Shown here piece by piece: positions 1 through 9,540 of a stretch of DNA of 20,000 nucleotides. The position numbers were made by a program, and so were the translations under genes. Each line of letters starts with the position of its first letter. Position 1 is the first letter of the stretch. Under the pieces are notes generated by a model. That model made no database searches. It was not told the DNA's origin and saw only the letters and a program-made list of their open reading frames with translations. This DNA comes from an uncultured virus (IMG/VR IMGVR_UViG_3300047550_002778) (lineage: Duplodnaviria; Heunggongvirae; Uroviricota; Caudoviricetes), in the IMG/VR virus record IMGVR_UViG_3300047550_002778, positions 57,644-77,643 of that record; one strand, written 5' to 3'.

Positions 1-632
1 ATGTCTTTCTTTTGACTATTTTCAATCTTTAATTTGAAAATTTCTTCATCAATTTTTATAGCCTTTTCTGAACCATCTTTCAACTTGGTATTTTCTGTTT
101 CTAGTTGAGAATTTATACCGGTAATTTGTTCATTAATTTGATTTTGAATGTTTTGAAACTGAATTGGATTTCTGGCAATCAATGCATTAGTAAGTGTTTC
201 ACTCAAACGAGACTCTTGATTAGCTCTTAGTGCCAATAATTTATCAATATTAGATTTAACAGCGTCCAGCTTTTTTGATTCATCTGTTTTTTGAGTTTCC
301 AACGTTGTTATCTTTGTATTGGCAAGTTCAGTTTCTAATGAAGATTTTTGATAAGCAGCTGTAAGATATCCGAAAATACCCAAAGAAGTAATACACATTA
401 ATACCAAAACGGCTGTTACCATGTATGTTTTCATCAATACATTAGCAATATTCCAATATCTAAATAACCAAGATGTAGTTACCAATTTACCCAATTCCAA
501 AGCACTGGCCATTATCATCGCAGCCAAAATAGCACCAGAAAATAATAATCCAATACCATACACACTAAAGAATGCAGCACAACCTGCAATCAACATGGAT
601 GTGAAAATTACGAGATGTTTAAATTTGATCAT
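1..632 (-). CDS. Membrane protein, N-terminal TM helices plus coiled coil (partial, runs off window start)
   Basis: Not in the ORF track. ATG at 632 opens MIKFKHLVIFTSMLIAGCAAFFSVYGIGLLFSGAILAAMIMASALELGKLVTTSWLFRYW...LVLMCITSLGIFGYLTAAYQKS followed by a heptad-rich segment, with no stop before position 1. TATTTATA motif 3 nt upstream. Confidence 0.85.
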   Translation of the reverse strand, partial: MIKFKHLVIFTSMLIAGCAAFFSVYGIGLLFSGAILAAMIMASALELGKLVTTSWLFRYWNIANVLMKTYMVTAVLVLMCITSLGIFGYLTAAYQKSSLETELANTKITTLETQKTDESKKLDAVKSNIDKLLALRANQESRLSETLTNALIARNPIQFQNIQNQINEQITGINSQLETENTKLKDGSEKAIKIDEEIFKLKIENSQKKD

Positions 633-649
633 ATATATAAATATCTTTA

Positions 650-681
650 AAAATAAAAAACCCTCCACTTAAGGAGGGTTT
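650..681 (-). terminator. Intrinsic terminator after hsp20
   Basis: AAACCCTCC-N6-GGAGGGTTT stem followed by TTTATTTTT on the minus strand. Confidence 0.85.
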
Positions 682-704
682 GAACATAACAATTTTTAAA
701 GATA

Positions 705-1181
705 TTAATTAATTTTAACCTTTTTTGTTGTAGGAGGTGTTGGTTTGATCTTGTTAACCGTCACTGTAAGCAAACCATTTTCAAACCTTGCTTCAGGATC
801 ATCCTTATCAAATAGATCACTCAAAACAAAAGCACGTTTAAAACTACTGTGTTTTAGTTCTCTACGAATATAGGTTTTATTGCTGTTCTCCTTGACATCC
901 TTAGTCTTTTGTCCACTAATAATCAAGAGATTTTCCTCAATTTCAACTGAAACTTCCTCCTTGGCAAGGCCTGGAATTTCGGCAACAATCTCAATGTGAT
1001 CGTCATAATCCACGACATCTACACGGGGATAACTTTGTTTCTCAAAAAACCCAACACCAAAATCCTTGGTCAATTCTGGGAATGTATTTGTGAAAACCTC
1101 ATCGAAAATTTTATCGAATGGGGTAATAAAATCGTCACGATTGATGTGACGCAATGCTGGCACTTTATATCTAACTGACAT
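705..1181 (-). CDS. hsp20: Small heat-shock protein (Hsp20/alpha-crystallin family)
   Basis: YPRVDV...AEIPGL.KEEVSVEIEENLLIISG...RRE...SFKRAF.L...A.FENGLLTV.V.K and a C-terminal VKI (IxI) motif. SD AGAAAGGA upstream. Confidence 0.95.
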   Translation of the reverse strand: MSVRYKVPALRHINRDDFITPFDKIFDEVFTNTFPELTKDFGVGFFEKQSYPRVDVVDYDDHIEIVAEIPGLAKEEVSVEIEENLLIISGQKTKDVKENSNKTYIRRELKHSSFKRAFVLSDLFDKDDPEARFENGLLTVTVNKIKPTPPTTKKVKIN

Positions 1182-1198
1182 ATATTTCCTTTCTTTTT

Positions 1199-1252
1199 AT
1201 AATAATTCTATTGAACTTATTATCATAGCAACCTCACTCGAGCGTTGCCGTG
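1199..1252 (-). promoter_or_regulatory. Structured hsp20 5' leader: two tandem hairpins, each with a bulged G
   Basis: GGCAAC-G-CTC-GAGT-GAG-GTTGCT (within 1224-1252) and ATAATAA-G-TTC-AATA-GAA-TTATTAT (1199-1223), just upstream of the SD. Confidence 0.6.
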
Positions 1253-1257
1253 GTGAT

Positions 1258-1287
1258 AATTTACCACCAAGAATATATATCTGTCAA
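1258..1287 (-). promoter_or_regulatory. Putative sigma70-like promoter for hsp20
   Basis: TTGACA-N18-TAAATT with TGn extended -10; the spacer also contains TATATATT. Confidence 0.45.
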
Positions 1288-1297
1288 GATCAAAAAA

Positions 1298-3235
1298 TTA
1301 CCATTTTACTATAGGAATTTGAACTCCTTGACCACCACCTGGGAAATTATGACCTATAACATTCGTTCCCATCACAAATCTTTGATTCTCACAATTTAAG
1401 TGCATGTATTCTTCTTCTTTATGTAACAAATAACAATCATTTACAGTCAATTGTTCACCATTTGTGCCAGTCAATAAATCACCAGCCTTAATATCAGTTA
1501 CAACTCTCCAAACACCATTTCCAACATACCATTGATGAGATGAATCAACATCAAATGGATTATTTTCTATAATGGTTCTATAAATTGGAGCTTTTGCTAT
1601 ATAGGCAACTGTTACAACATTCCATTTATCATCCTCAATATCACGTAGATGCATACCCACTTCAATTTCTCTAGCTGGTATAAATCCTCTTTCAAAAGTT
1701 TCCATGAGTTGCCATGCCGCTGGACATCCACCACCGATTTCATCGTCGCCACCTATAGAAGGAGGTGCAGCAGCAATAAAACATACAGATTTATCTAAAG
1801 TGGCAGTAATTTGTCCTTTTTTAAGTGTAACGGTAGGAGTTGTCGCAAATGATGCGGTAAATGAAGCTTTTGCTGAGAAACTTGAACTTTGATATGATTG
1901 ATTATAATAAGCCAACCCAAATCCATAATTCACAATCTGAGACTTACCTGGTGCCAATGCAAATGTTGATGGAGTAAATGTAGGCAACAGCTGTGCGATA
2001 CCAGCTGGAGCAGCATATAAAGACAGTCCATTAGCAAGATTTGTCCAATCAGGATTTAATGTAAACGAAGCAGTTAAAGTATTTGAAGATGGATTTGTGA
2101 ATATCGCACTACCTGTAAATTTTACTTGATTTGATAATGTTGGAGTATTAGTCAATTGCGCAGTAACTCCACAACGTTGAGTCACAGCTGTATTTGAAAT
2201 AGTTATAGAAGGAGCTGTTCCACAACCACTAACAGAACTTGGATCTGAAATTGTTGAAACAGAAAAAGTTGCACTTCCTTCAGTTGTTTGGGAATCAGGC
2301 ACTGAATATGTTAAATTAGGCCAACCAGCACAGCCTGTAGCAGAAATATACCCTGAAAAATATCTACCACTGGGATACGTGTTAGCTATAAATCCTTCGA
2401 CTGCAAACGTTCTTGTTCCAGCACCCGTGATAGTTACTGGTATAGAACGTGTATAACCAGATAATGTATAAGTTTCTGGGGTATTTATTAATGTAGAGAC
2501 AAAACTACAAATACTATTCAAATCGTTTTTTTGAAATGTTGTGATAGCACTACTAGCATTAATAGAAGTTCTAGTGGTATCAATTGCTGTTTGAAAATTT
2601 GTAGTATTTGAAGATTGAAACAATGAGGTTGCAGCGGTTGTTGATGTTGATGAACATGATCCTGTAAATAAACTTGAAGTAAAAGCATTAGAAACACCGT
2701 CTTTTAAAACAAACTTGTAAATATTATTACTTGTGAGATTCGTAATATATTCATCTGAATCATTTGGTCTTACATACGAATATTGTAATCTGAATGCTGC
2801 GCTACCCGGCGGGTTGGGTTTGGAATATAAAGAATATCTATATACTCGGCTGGATGTTTCTCTTGTTAAAAAATTAGAATTTGGAACTACACTATCTGGA
2901 TAAAACTGTCCAAACCACACGCCTTGATTAACTCCAGATTCTCGTATAGAAGCACTAATATAATTACCACCATAAAATTCACTCATTCTAGCATCTGTTG
3001 ATGTATTGAGTGTTACTAATCCTATGCCAATACCTAGTGAATCTTTTGTATCTGTCACTGGATTTCCCAAGTTTTTAATTAACAATCCAAGTGAAGCTGA
3101 TAATGAAACATTCTGTGTTGCCGGAGTTCCTACAACGTTATCAATAAGATTATTAATGGCACCATAGGCTGTTCCCGTTGTAATTTGAGAAAATGCAATG
3201 GGGCCTGTTCTATTTAACCTTGGTATGGCAGACAT
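1298..3235 (-). CDS. Ser/Thr-rich putative virion protein with C-terminal Hint (intein-like, BIL-type) domain
   Basis: Residues 504-630 run GGG|CPAAWQ...IPAREIEVG...DSSHQW...DIKAGD.L...VIGHN, followed by a 15-aa tail starting with Phe. The N-terminal 500 aa are S/T/A/G-rich and beta-like. Confidence 0.8.
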   Translation of the reverse strand: MSAIPRLNRTGPIAFSQITTGTAYGAINNLIDNVVGTPATQNVSLSASLGLLIKNLGNPVTDTKDSLGIGIGLVTLNTSTDARMSEFYGGNYISASIRESGVNQGVWFGQFYPDSVVPNSNFLTRETSSRVYRYSLYSKPNPPGSAAFRLQYSYVRPNDSDEYITNLTSNNIYKFVLKDGVSNAFTSSLFTGSCSSTSTTAATSLFQSSNTTNFQTAIDTTRTSINASSAITTFQKNDLNSICSFVSTLINTPETYTLSGYTRSIPVTITGAGTRTFAVEGFIANTYPSGRYFSGYISATGCAGWPNLTYSVPDSQTTEGSATFSVSTISDPSSVSGCGTAPSITISNTAVTQRCGVTAQLTNTPTLSNQVKFTGSAIFTNPSSNTLTASFTLNPDWTNLANGLSLYAAPAGIAQLLPTFTPSTFALAPGKSQIVNYGFGLAYYNQSYQSSSFSAKASFTASFATTPTVTLKKGQITATLDKSVCFIAAAPPSIGGDDEIGGGCPAAWQLMETFERGFIPAREIEVGMHLRDIEDDKWNVVTVAYIAKAPIYRTIIENNPFDVDSSHQWYVGNGVWRVVTDIKAGDLLTGTNGEQLTVNDCYLLHKEEEYMHLNCENQRFVMGTNVIGHNFPGGGQGVQIPIVKW

Positions 3236-3238
3236 AAA

Positions 3239-4582
3239 TTATTTATCTTCCAATGTTGCAACACGTTCTTGTAAATTTTCTATGAGTAATTGTTGTTCTT
3301 GAACAGTTTTAATCAATAACGACACAAAAGAATTGTATTTAACTACTTTATATCCATTCATGTCTTCTTTAACAAATTCTGGAAAGACTTCTTCTACTTC
3401 TTGGGCTATTAACCCAAAGTCGGCTTGTTCGGTATTATTCCAAACAAATGACACAGGGTTTAATGTTTTTGTCATGTCAATAGCATCTTCAATTGGTCTA
3501 ATGTCATCCTTTAATCGAGCATCAGATGAAGCAAATGTAGAGTAAGCTACGATATCACCACGAACATCTAATTGACCACTACCACTTACTCTCATCAATT
3601 TGGTATATGAACTTCCAGATGTTACCAAGAATACATTTTGGTTTGGATTGTATGTGCTATAATTAGGTGAATATGAGAACCCTGGCCACCCATAAGATCC
3701 AGTCAAATGAACATGTAATTGTGCATTAACATTACTTGATACTGGAAAATGTCCAACACCAACCAAACGTTGTCTTACACCAAAACTTACGAAACCAGTT
3801 TTGCCGCTCTTTGCCGAAGTATCAGGTCTCCAAATAGCATCAATTCCAGCACCAGACCAAGCACCAGCATCAAAAGATCCAGAATAGAAAATAGCAAAGT
3901 TAGCACCAGTTCTTATGTAGTTGTTTGAGTTTTGTAGACCCAAGTCATACATGAAAACAGATCCGCCAACAGTCGCTGATGATGAAAACTGTATCAAATG
4001 TTGCCCAACTAATCCACTACCAAGAGAACCTTGTGTTCCAACATTCAGTGGTCTCATTAGAACAGTTCTACCACTTGTAGAATCCCAACCACCACCAGGA
4101 CTACTCATGGTGGTTGATCTGCGTATATAACTATTGGCACCGACGGTATCTGTATCTACCCAATATGTAGAATAATCTGTAGTTCCTGATCCATTTGGAT
4201 AACCAGAAACGTATGATGCAGTTTTTGCAGTAACAGCTTTATTGGCCCAGCTAGCTGTTCCATAAAGACTTCCAGTATGTATGCCTGTAAATTTTCCTTT
4301 AAAACTACCTGTATAACTGCCTGAAAAACTACCAGAAAAATCACCAATATAACTACCGGTTGTAGAACTTAAAAAAGTGAGAAAATCATCAGCGGTAACT
4401 TTTCTTGAATACAAGTTGCCCGGCGATGATGTGGATCCACTTTGAATCAATAGAAAAATATCATCTGGGTAAATTACATTACCTTTTGGAAAAGCACCTG
4501 TTCCACTACTTCTCCCAGTTATACCATAAAGTGAACTTACCTTGATTGTCTGAACGTTTAAGCTGTTACATGGACTTGACAT
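3239..4582 (-). CDS. Tail fibre/spike-like protein with C-terminal intramolecular chaperone (peptidase S74) domain
   Basis: GDIVAY...SSDARLKDDIRPI...LNPVSFVW...GLIAQEVEEVFPEFV...V.Y...LLIKTVQE plus a terminal coiled coil. GSFSGSYTGS repeats in the N-terminal part. Confidence 0.9.
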   Translation of the reverse strand: MSSPCNSLNVQTIKVSSLYGITGRSSGTGAFPKGNVIYPDDIFLLIQSGSTSSPGNLYSRKVTADDFLTFLSSTTGSYIGDFSGSFSGSYTGSFKGKFTGIHTGSLYGTASWANKAVTAKTASYVSGYPNGSGTTDYSTYWVDTDTVGANSYIRRSTTMSSPGGGWDSTSGRTVLMRPLNVGTQGSLGSGLVGQHLIQFSSSATVGGSVFMYDLGLQNSNNYIRTGANFAIFYSGSFDAGAWSGAGIDAIWRPDTSAKSGKTGFVSFGVRQRLVGVGHFPVSSNVNAQLHVHLTGSYGWPGFSYSPNYSTYNPNQNVFLVTSGSSYTKLMRVSGSGQLDVRGDIVAYSTFASSDARLKDDIRPIEDAIDMTKTLNPVSFVWNNTEQADFGLIAQEVEEVFPEFVKEDMNGYKVVKYNSFVSLLIKTVQEQQLLIENLQERVATLEDK

Positions 4583-4622
4583 ATGTTAATAAATATCGTA
4601 TTGTTTCTTTTATACTTTAAAT

Positions 4623-7193
4623 TTAGCTACCGTAGTATGGCGATTTACCAACAATACCAGTCAATAAACTGTTGTTGACACGGTTCCATGTCCAGAACTT
4701 TTCTTGACCCGTGGTTGTGTCATACTCCAAACCATATGATTCCCAGTTAGAATCAGTCCAGTAATTAGAACCCTGTTGTGGAATTACAATAGTCTTTACA
4801 TATTGCAATTGTGGATCTCTAGTTGCTGCAGCCTGGGCCCACCATGCTCCAATATCATTAGAACTATACGCACTGATATTGAATATATCACACATACCAC
4901 TGTTGTTATTAATACAATACCATCTACGTTTAACTGGATTATATATGTTGGTTATTGTATTGTAGTTAATGGTGCCATTTATACTCACCAAATTTGAATT
5001 ACCCAATACAAGAGAATTATTCAATATATCCAATGCTGTTCCTACTGTAGCATAGGTATATGCAGATCCATTCCAGTAAACCTTATACATCGTTATAGCA
5101 TTAGCCCCATTACCTCCAGCTTGATACGAGTCGGGTAACAAGTAGAAAGTAGGGCGTGTTGGTGTTCCTGCACCGGTTCCAGGTAAACCAGAAGACGCAT
5201 CTACATACGCACATTTAAATTGATAAAAATTACCTCCGCCAGTTGAAAATTCTGTGATTGTTGGAGTTCCAGAAGTCAAAGCTCCGATTGCATATATGTA
5301 TGAACTATCGGTGACCACTATATAATCTCCAGTGACACCATTGTTGTCAAATTTATGAAGTGCCATGTGACCAGCATAAAACTGTCTTGCTGGAGAAAAA
5401 GTATTATTTCCGTCAAAAATTTTAGTTACTTCATTTGTAACTTGATTTAGTCTAAAAAAGTATCCTGTGTTTGTGAAATTGGCTTGACAATAGAAGATGT
5501 AATCTCCGTAAGTTATCGCACCAAGTGGATATCTTACTGCAAATGCATTTGCAGTTTTAGTTCCATAACCAAGTGTAGCATTTAATGTTCCTGCCACGGT
5601 CATGTCACCACCAACATAAACGTCACCAGCATTTGAACCAGAAGCACCCACACTGAAAATTGGAGCGTAACTACTAGAACCATAGTCTACATAAATTGCA
5701 TACTCAGGCAACTTCACAGTTCCAGTCAAAGCTTGTCCAGTGACTTTACCAACGTGTGCTTTGCTTGAACTAAAACATCTAACACTAAACTTACCAGGCA
5801 ACGTTGAATCAGTATCAGCCGATGTTGGTGGTTGAAAACCAATACCAATAGATCCTTCTCTTGATGGAGTATTTGCTGATAGATATGGCCAGAAATAATA
5901 TCCAGATCTTCTGCTTACAAGACCATAAGTTTGTTGAGCAGACCCCACTGCGACTCTGGTAGATGAAGAAAACTCAGCACTACCAATAGGCGCAACAAAG
6001 ATCAAACTTCCACTAGTAAATGATCCAATTGAATATCCAGAAATATTTGGATAACTTTTTGAATTATTCAAATTATAGAACGCAATTAAAGATTGATTTT
6101 GCCCACCAGATCCTCTAGATGATATTTGTATTCCGTTCAAATATCTTGATGATGATATTTCTAATAACTGATAATTGCCCGCACCATTTCCATTTGTAAT
6201 TCTTCTTAATCCAACGTTTGAAACTACTCTCGATTGTGAGAAAAATGCAATATTGAAACTACCACTGCCATTTCCAAGACCAGTTCCGTCAACTTCATCA
6301 GTAGTAGAAGATTTTAAAGCATAACTTGCACTAGATACTAAAGTAGGTAGATTCAAAACATTTTCCGCTGTTGCTGCAAATATAGCATACGAAGCTGATC
6401 CATTATTTGGACTATATGTTAAATATGAAGAACTTCTAGCACGTTGTGTAAAACTACCACTCAAAGAATATGACGCTGAAGTTGCAGTATCAGCGCTAGT
6501 AGCTGTTGTAACACAAACATATGAAGTGTCTGCCACTTTTGCATGAGATGATGATTTAGCTCTTGACGCATAACTTGAAGTTCCAGTAAACGTTGCATCT
6601 TTTACTGGTCCAGCACCGTTTTCTAGAATTTTAAGACCAGTAGCGGAATATACATCACCATACAGCCCACCAAAAAAGTTACCAGTTACAGTTGATGTCA
6701 AATTGGTAATAACAGCACTATTGGCAGTTATAGTTTGATCAAAATAAGAAGGTCCAAATATATTTATCTGTTCTGCTTCTATAAAAACTTCGGCATTAGT
6801 TATACCCGCGGCTGATAAAGCAATAGAGTTGGCACTCATATCAATTGTATTAGCTCGTCCACGTATTACTTGTCCTTGAGTTAAAGAAGAAGATACAAAT
6901 AAGGCAGCAGATTCAATGTTTCCATTTACTTTTATACCAAGTGCTGTAGTTCCGAATACTTTTAAGTTTTTCGTATTTGGAACGTAGAAAGATCCAGTAA
7001 ATTTATTATTTTGACTGGTAAGGTTGACATCACCCGAAACATTATTTAAAGCACCCGTTATAAAGTCGGATACTGTTATTTTTTTTGTTTGGTTGTTAGT
7101 AACATCTTGAATAACAAGAAGGTCACTTACGCTTGGGTTAGAATAAGCGTTTAATGCCGAAATCAATATACCTCTATTAGTCAATACTGCCAT
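4623..7193 (-). CDS. Putative tail fibre/structural protein (856 aa)
   Basis: N-terminal 'ISAL...DLLVIQD...TKKITVSDF' motif resembles the start of the neighbouring fibre gene. S(A/S)SYA-type repeats and an aromatic, beta-rich C-terminal domain. Confidence 0.65.
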   Translation of the reverse strand: MAVLTNRGILISALNAYSNPSVSDLLVIQDVTNNQTKKITVSDFITGALNNVSGDVNLTSQNNKFTGSFYVPNTKNLKVFGTTALGIKVNGNIESAALFVSSSLTQGQVIRGRANTIDMSANSIALSAAGITNAEVFIEAEQINIFGPSYFDQTITANSAVITNLTSTVTGNFFGGLYGDVYSATGLKILENGAGPVKDATFTGTSSYASRAKSSSHAKVADTSYVCVTTATSADTATSASYSLSGSFTQRARSSSYLTYSPNNGSASYAIFAATAENVLNLPTLVSSASYALKSSTTDEVDGTGLGNGSGSFNIAFFSQSRVVSNVGLRRITNGNGAGNYQLLEISSSRYLNGIQISSRGSGGQNQSLIAFYNLNNSKSYPNISGYSIGSFTSGSLIFVAPIGSAEFSSSTRVAVGSAQQTYGLVSRRSGYYFWPYLSANTPSREGSIGIGFQPPTSADTDSTLPGKFSVRCFSSSKAHVGKVTGQALTGTVKLPEYAIYVDYGSSSYAPIFSVGASGSNAGDVYVGGDMTVAGTLNATLGYGTKTANAFAVRYPLGAITYGDYIFYCQANFTNTGYFFRLNQVTNEVTKIFDGNNTFSPARQFYAGHMALHKFDNNGVTGDYIVVTDSSYIYAIGALTSGTPTITEFSTGGGNFYQFKCAYVDASSGLPGTGAGTPTRPTFYLLPDSYQAGGNGANAITMYKVYWNGSAYTYATVGTALDILNNSLVLGNSNLVSINGTINYNTITNIYNPVKRRWYCINNNSGMCDIFNISAYSSNDIGAWWAQAAATRDPQLQYVKTIVIPQQGSNYWTDSNWESYGLEYDTTTGQEKFWTWNRVNNSLLTGIVGKSPYYGS

Positions 7194-7215
7194 ATGTTAT
7201 AAATATAATTATCAA

Positions 7216-7926
7216 TCAATTTAACTTTTTAAGTTTTTTTAATATAAATTTGACTAATCCGCTTCTTACTACATCATCATCATCAAATCTAAATATATGA
7301 ATACCATTTTGTTTACTTTCTTCATCGTCAAACAAGTTCATAATAGGAGTTAGACCACTTTTACCATTAATATCACTTTGATCTGGATCACCACAAACAT
7401 ATAATTTACTAAATTCTCCTACACGGGTTATTAATGTTATCAATTCTTTTTTGGTCATATTTTGAGCTTCATCAGCGACAATACATTTGGCATTCCAGTT
7501 TAGACCACGTAAAAAGTTAACTGGTGCTCCATGAATTCGTTCTTCTTTTTTTAATTTATCAATGTCATGTTTTTGAAGTAACTCTTCCAATTTGTCTACT
7601 AACGGTTGAATATATGGACTCATTTTATCATCCATTTCGCCTGGTAAAAATCCCAATTTACTATCACTACTTTCTACAGCAGTTCTAATATAAATCAATT
7701 CACTGACTCTTTTATCGTTAATCAAATGTAATCCCGCAAGTATGGCAGTGTATGTTTTTGATGTTCCTGCTGGACCTGATACAAATACTAATTTTGTGTT
7801 TTTATCTCGTAATACTTCTATGAGCTGTTTTTGTTTTTCGGTTAAGTCTATACTTTTAATTTGAATTGAATCCCTTATTTTTGGATTTTGAGGGACTTTT
7901 GGACTTGTGTCTTTTTTCTTGCTCAT
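7216..7926 (-). CDS. phoH: PhoH family ATPase
   Basis: GPAGTSKT Walker A variant, R.AVES...LGFLPG, FLRG, DEAQN, TRVGE.SK, GDPDQSD, DVVRS. Confidence 0.95.
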   Translation of the reverse strand: MSKKKDTSPKVPQNPKIRDSIQIKSIDLTEKQKQLIEVLRDKNTKLVFVSGPAGTSKTYTAILAGLHLINDKRVSELIYIRTAVESSDSKLGFLPGEMDDKMSPYIQPLVDKLEELLQKHDIDKLKKEERIHGAPVNFLRGLNWNAKCIVADEAQNMTKKELITLITRVGEFSKLYVCGDPDQSDINGKSGLTPIMNLFDDEESKQNGIHIFRFDDDDVVRSGLVKFILKKLKKLN

Positions 7927-8230
7927 TAGGTTTTTGTTGGTTAATTATTTTTTGAAGTTTTGAAACACGTTCACAGAACTCATATTGTTCTGTATTAATA
8001 TAATAATTGTATATGTTTTCTAAGTTTTCTTTAAACGTAGACACATTCAAAACCACTATAAAATCCGTATTTCGAAAACTGAACACTTCAACGTTAGACA
8101 AATTGTTCTTCAAGGCAAATTCAATTGATGATACAACTTGCTCAGTCAATTTAAATTTATTCTTTATAACAAATTCCTCCATCGTTTTGAATTCCGATGG
8201 CAATACTTTTGATTGAAACTTTTTTGCCAT
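7856..8230 (-). CDS. Hypothetical protein (124 aa); start revised to ATG 8230
   Basis: The track start at 8269 lies inside a terminator. ATG 8230 follows TATTTATT by 3 nt. Contains EQYEFCERV (UvrB/C-like E.YE.C motif). The 3' end overlaps the phoH start by 71 nt. Confidence 0.75.
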   Translation of the reverse strand: MAKKFQSKVLPSEFKTMEEFVIKNKFKLTEQVVSSIEFALKNNLSNVEVFSFRNTDFIVVLNVSTFKENLENIYNYYINTEQYEFCERVSKLQKIINQQKPNEQEKRHKSKSPSKSKNKGFNSN

Positions 8231-8250
8231 GTTAATAAATATCACGAATA

Positions 8251-8286
8251 AAAACAATAAGGGCGCCAAATAATGGCGCCCTTTTC
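8251..8286. terminator. Intrinsic terminator, possibly bidirectional
   Basis: AAGGGCGCCA-AATAA-TGGCGCCCTT 10-bp stem with T-rich runs on both strands. Confidence 0.85.
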
Positions 8287-8311
8287 AACTAAACAACTTA
8301 TTAAATACTAT

Positions 8312-8527
8312 TTACTTTTTAACCTTCTTTGTTTTCTTCGTGACAACAGATTTATCTGGTGTTTGTGAAGGAACTGAATTTGTAAGTTCAGCAATTCTAA
8401 ACCTCGCAGTTGACTTCCAAGAACGTTTGGTTTGATCAGAAGCCCATTCATAGGATTTACCTTTGGAGACTAACTCAGTAACTTCTGTTTCTGTCTTGGC
8501 TTGTTTGATTTGTTCTCTTAGACCCAT
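8312..8527 (-). CDS. Hypothetical protein (71 aa)
   Basis: ORF co-oriented and tightly packed between 8531-8737 and the terminator; basic tail. Confidence 0.7.
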   Translation of the reverse strand: MGLREQIKQAKTETEVTELVSKGKSYEWASDQTKRSWKSTARFRIAELTNSVPSQTPDKSVVTKKTKKVKK

Positions 8528-8530
8528 ATA

Positions 8531-8737
8531 TTACTTACCTTTCTTTGAAAGATTTACAATTTCCAACTTACTACCATCTGGCCATCTGGTAATAACCTTG
8601 TTCCAATGTTCATACTCTGGCTGAGCCGCTTCCTTAACACTATACTCTTCATCAGAAACCCTAGCCCCATTTCTCAATATAACAAACCGGTCTACTGATT
8701 CATTAGTATTTTCGTTCTTCTTGTTTTTAGTGTGCAT
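8531..8737 (-). CDS. Hypothetical protein (68 aa)
   Basis: Globular-looking core RFVILRNGARVSDEEY...WPDGSKLEIV; its 3' end (AAAGG) supplies an SD for the next gene. Confidence 0.7.
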   Translation of the reverse strand: MHTKNKKNENTNESVDRFVILRNGARVSDEEYSVKEAAQPEYEHWNKVITRWPDGSKLEIVNLSKKGK

Positions 8738-8841
8738 TTACTTATTATATGTTTGCTGTTTTTTACTTGATATGTTTTATATAAAATATAAGAATTATCA
8801 GCTCCTATACTCACTATACAATATCACGTTAATTATATGTG

Positions 8842-9240
8842 TCAATCAACTTCAATAGATTTAGTGTAATATTCAACATCTTTGTGTTTGACCACAGATT
8901 CGGGATAAACATATTTTAGTTCTCCCAACGTTTTATTGTAAATTTTAATACCTCCATGTGGAAATGAAGGTTCACCGGGTTTATGATATTCAACCAAATA
9001 TATTTCGTGACTATCTGGATAAATTGAAGATAGTAACTTTCTACCTTTTTCAGTAGTATGATCAACGATCAATTCGTTTGGAATTTGATTGAACACATTA
9101 TATGTGGATCCGTTCAGTGTATATATTTTTCTTATAATTTCCAAACCTTTCGTAAGCTTAGAAATCTCACGATCCACTTCGATGTTTTTAACTACCTTTT
9201 TCTTTCTTTTGACTTTTGTATCTGTCTTTTGCTTTGGCAT
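8842..9240 (-). CDS. Hypothetical protein (132 aa)
   Basis: ORF preceded by a near-consensus promoter whose -10 lies 8 nt from the ATG. Confidence 0.75.
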   Translation of the reverse strand: MPKQKTDTKVKRKKKVVKNIEVDREISKLTKGLEIIRKIYTLNGSTYNVFNQIPNELIVDHTTEKGRKLLSSIYPDSHEIYLVEYHKPGEPSFPHGGIKIYNKTLGELKYVYPESVVKHKDVEYYTKSIEVD

Positions 9241-9248
9241 GATAGTTA

Positions 9249-9276
9249 ATTATATGAAGAAAAAATTAAAAGTCAA
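9249..9276 (-). promoter_or_regulatory. Sigma70-like promoter, probably leaderless transcript
   Basis: TTGACT-N16-TATAAT, then 8 nt to ATG 9240. Confidence 0.65.
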
Positions 9277-9324
9277 TGTTGAAAAATTTATAAATAGCAT
9301 CAAGCTAGAAGATAAAAAATCAAC

Positions 9325-9353
9325 AAAAAAACCACGTCGTAAAAAACGTGGTT
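9325..9353 (-). terminator. Intrinsic terminator
   Basis: AACCACGT-N8-ACGTGGTT followed by TTTTT. Confidence 0.75.
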
Positions 9354-9360
9354 GATATTA

Positions 9361-9540
9361 TTATGGAGTTGTAGTGGTAGCTTCTTCTACAACAGCTTTG
9401 ATCTCGTTTTCAATTTCCTTGATCTTTTCTTTATAACCAGCTGCTACATCCTTAAAGTCTTTTTTTACATACAACAACTTTTCGGTAAGTTCATATACTT
9501 TCTTTTGTGCGTCTGCTTTATTTAATTTAATTTGACTCAT
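9361..9540 (-). CDS. Small coiled-coil protein (59 aa), missed by the ORF track
   Basis: MSQIKLNKADAQKKVYELTEKLLYVKKDFKDVAAGYKEKIKEIENEIKAVVEEATTTTP. ATGA start/stop overlap with the upstream gene, tandem TAA stops, then a terminator. Confidence 0.75.
   Translation of the reverse strand: MSQIKLNKADAQKKVYELTEKLLYVKKDFKDVAAGYKEKIKEIENEIKAVVEEATTTTP

Noticed and set aside
1224..1252. CIRCE operator upstream of hsp20 (tagcaacctc...gagcgttgc)
   Set aside because: Does not fit TTAGCACTC-N9-GAGTGCTAA in sequence or spacing; better explained as an RNA hairpin.
1346..1726. Canonical splicing intein
   Set aside because: The +1 residue is Phe, the C-extein is only 15 aa, and there is no homing endonuclease.
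8812..8845. Promoter TTGACA...TATAGT upstream of 8737
   Set aside because: Spacer is about 21 nt, too long to call.
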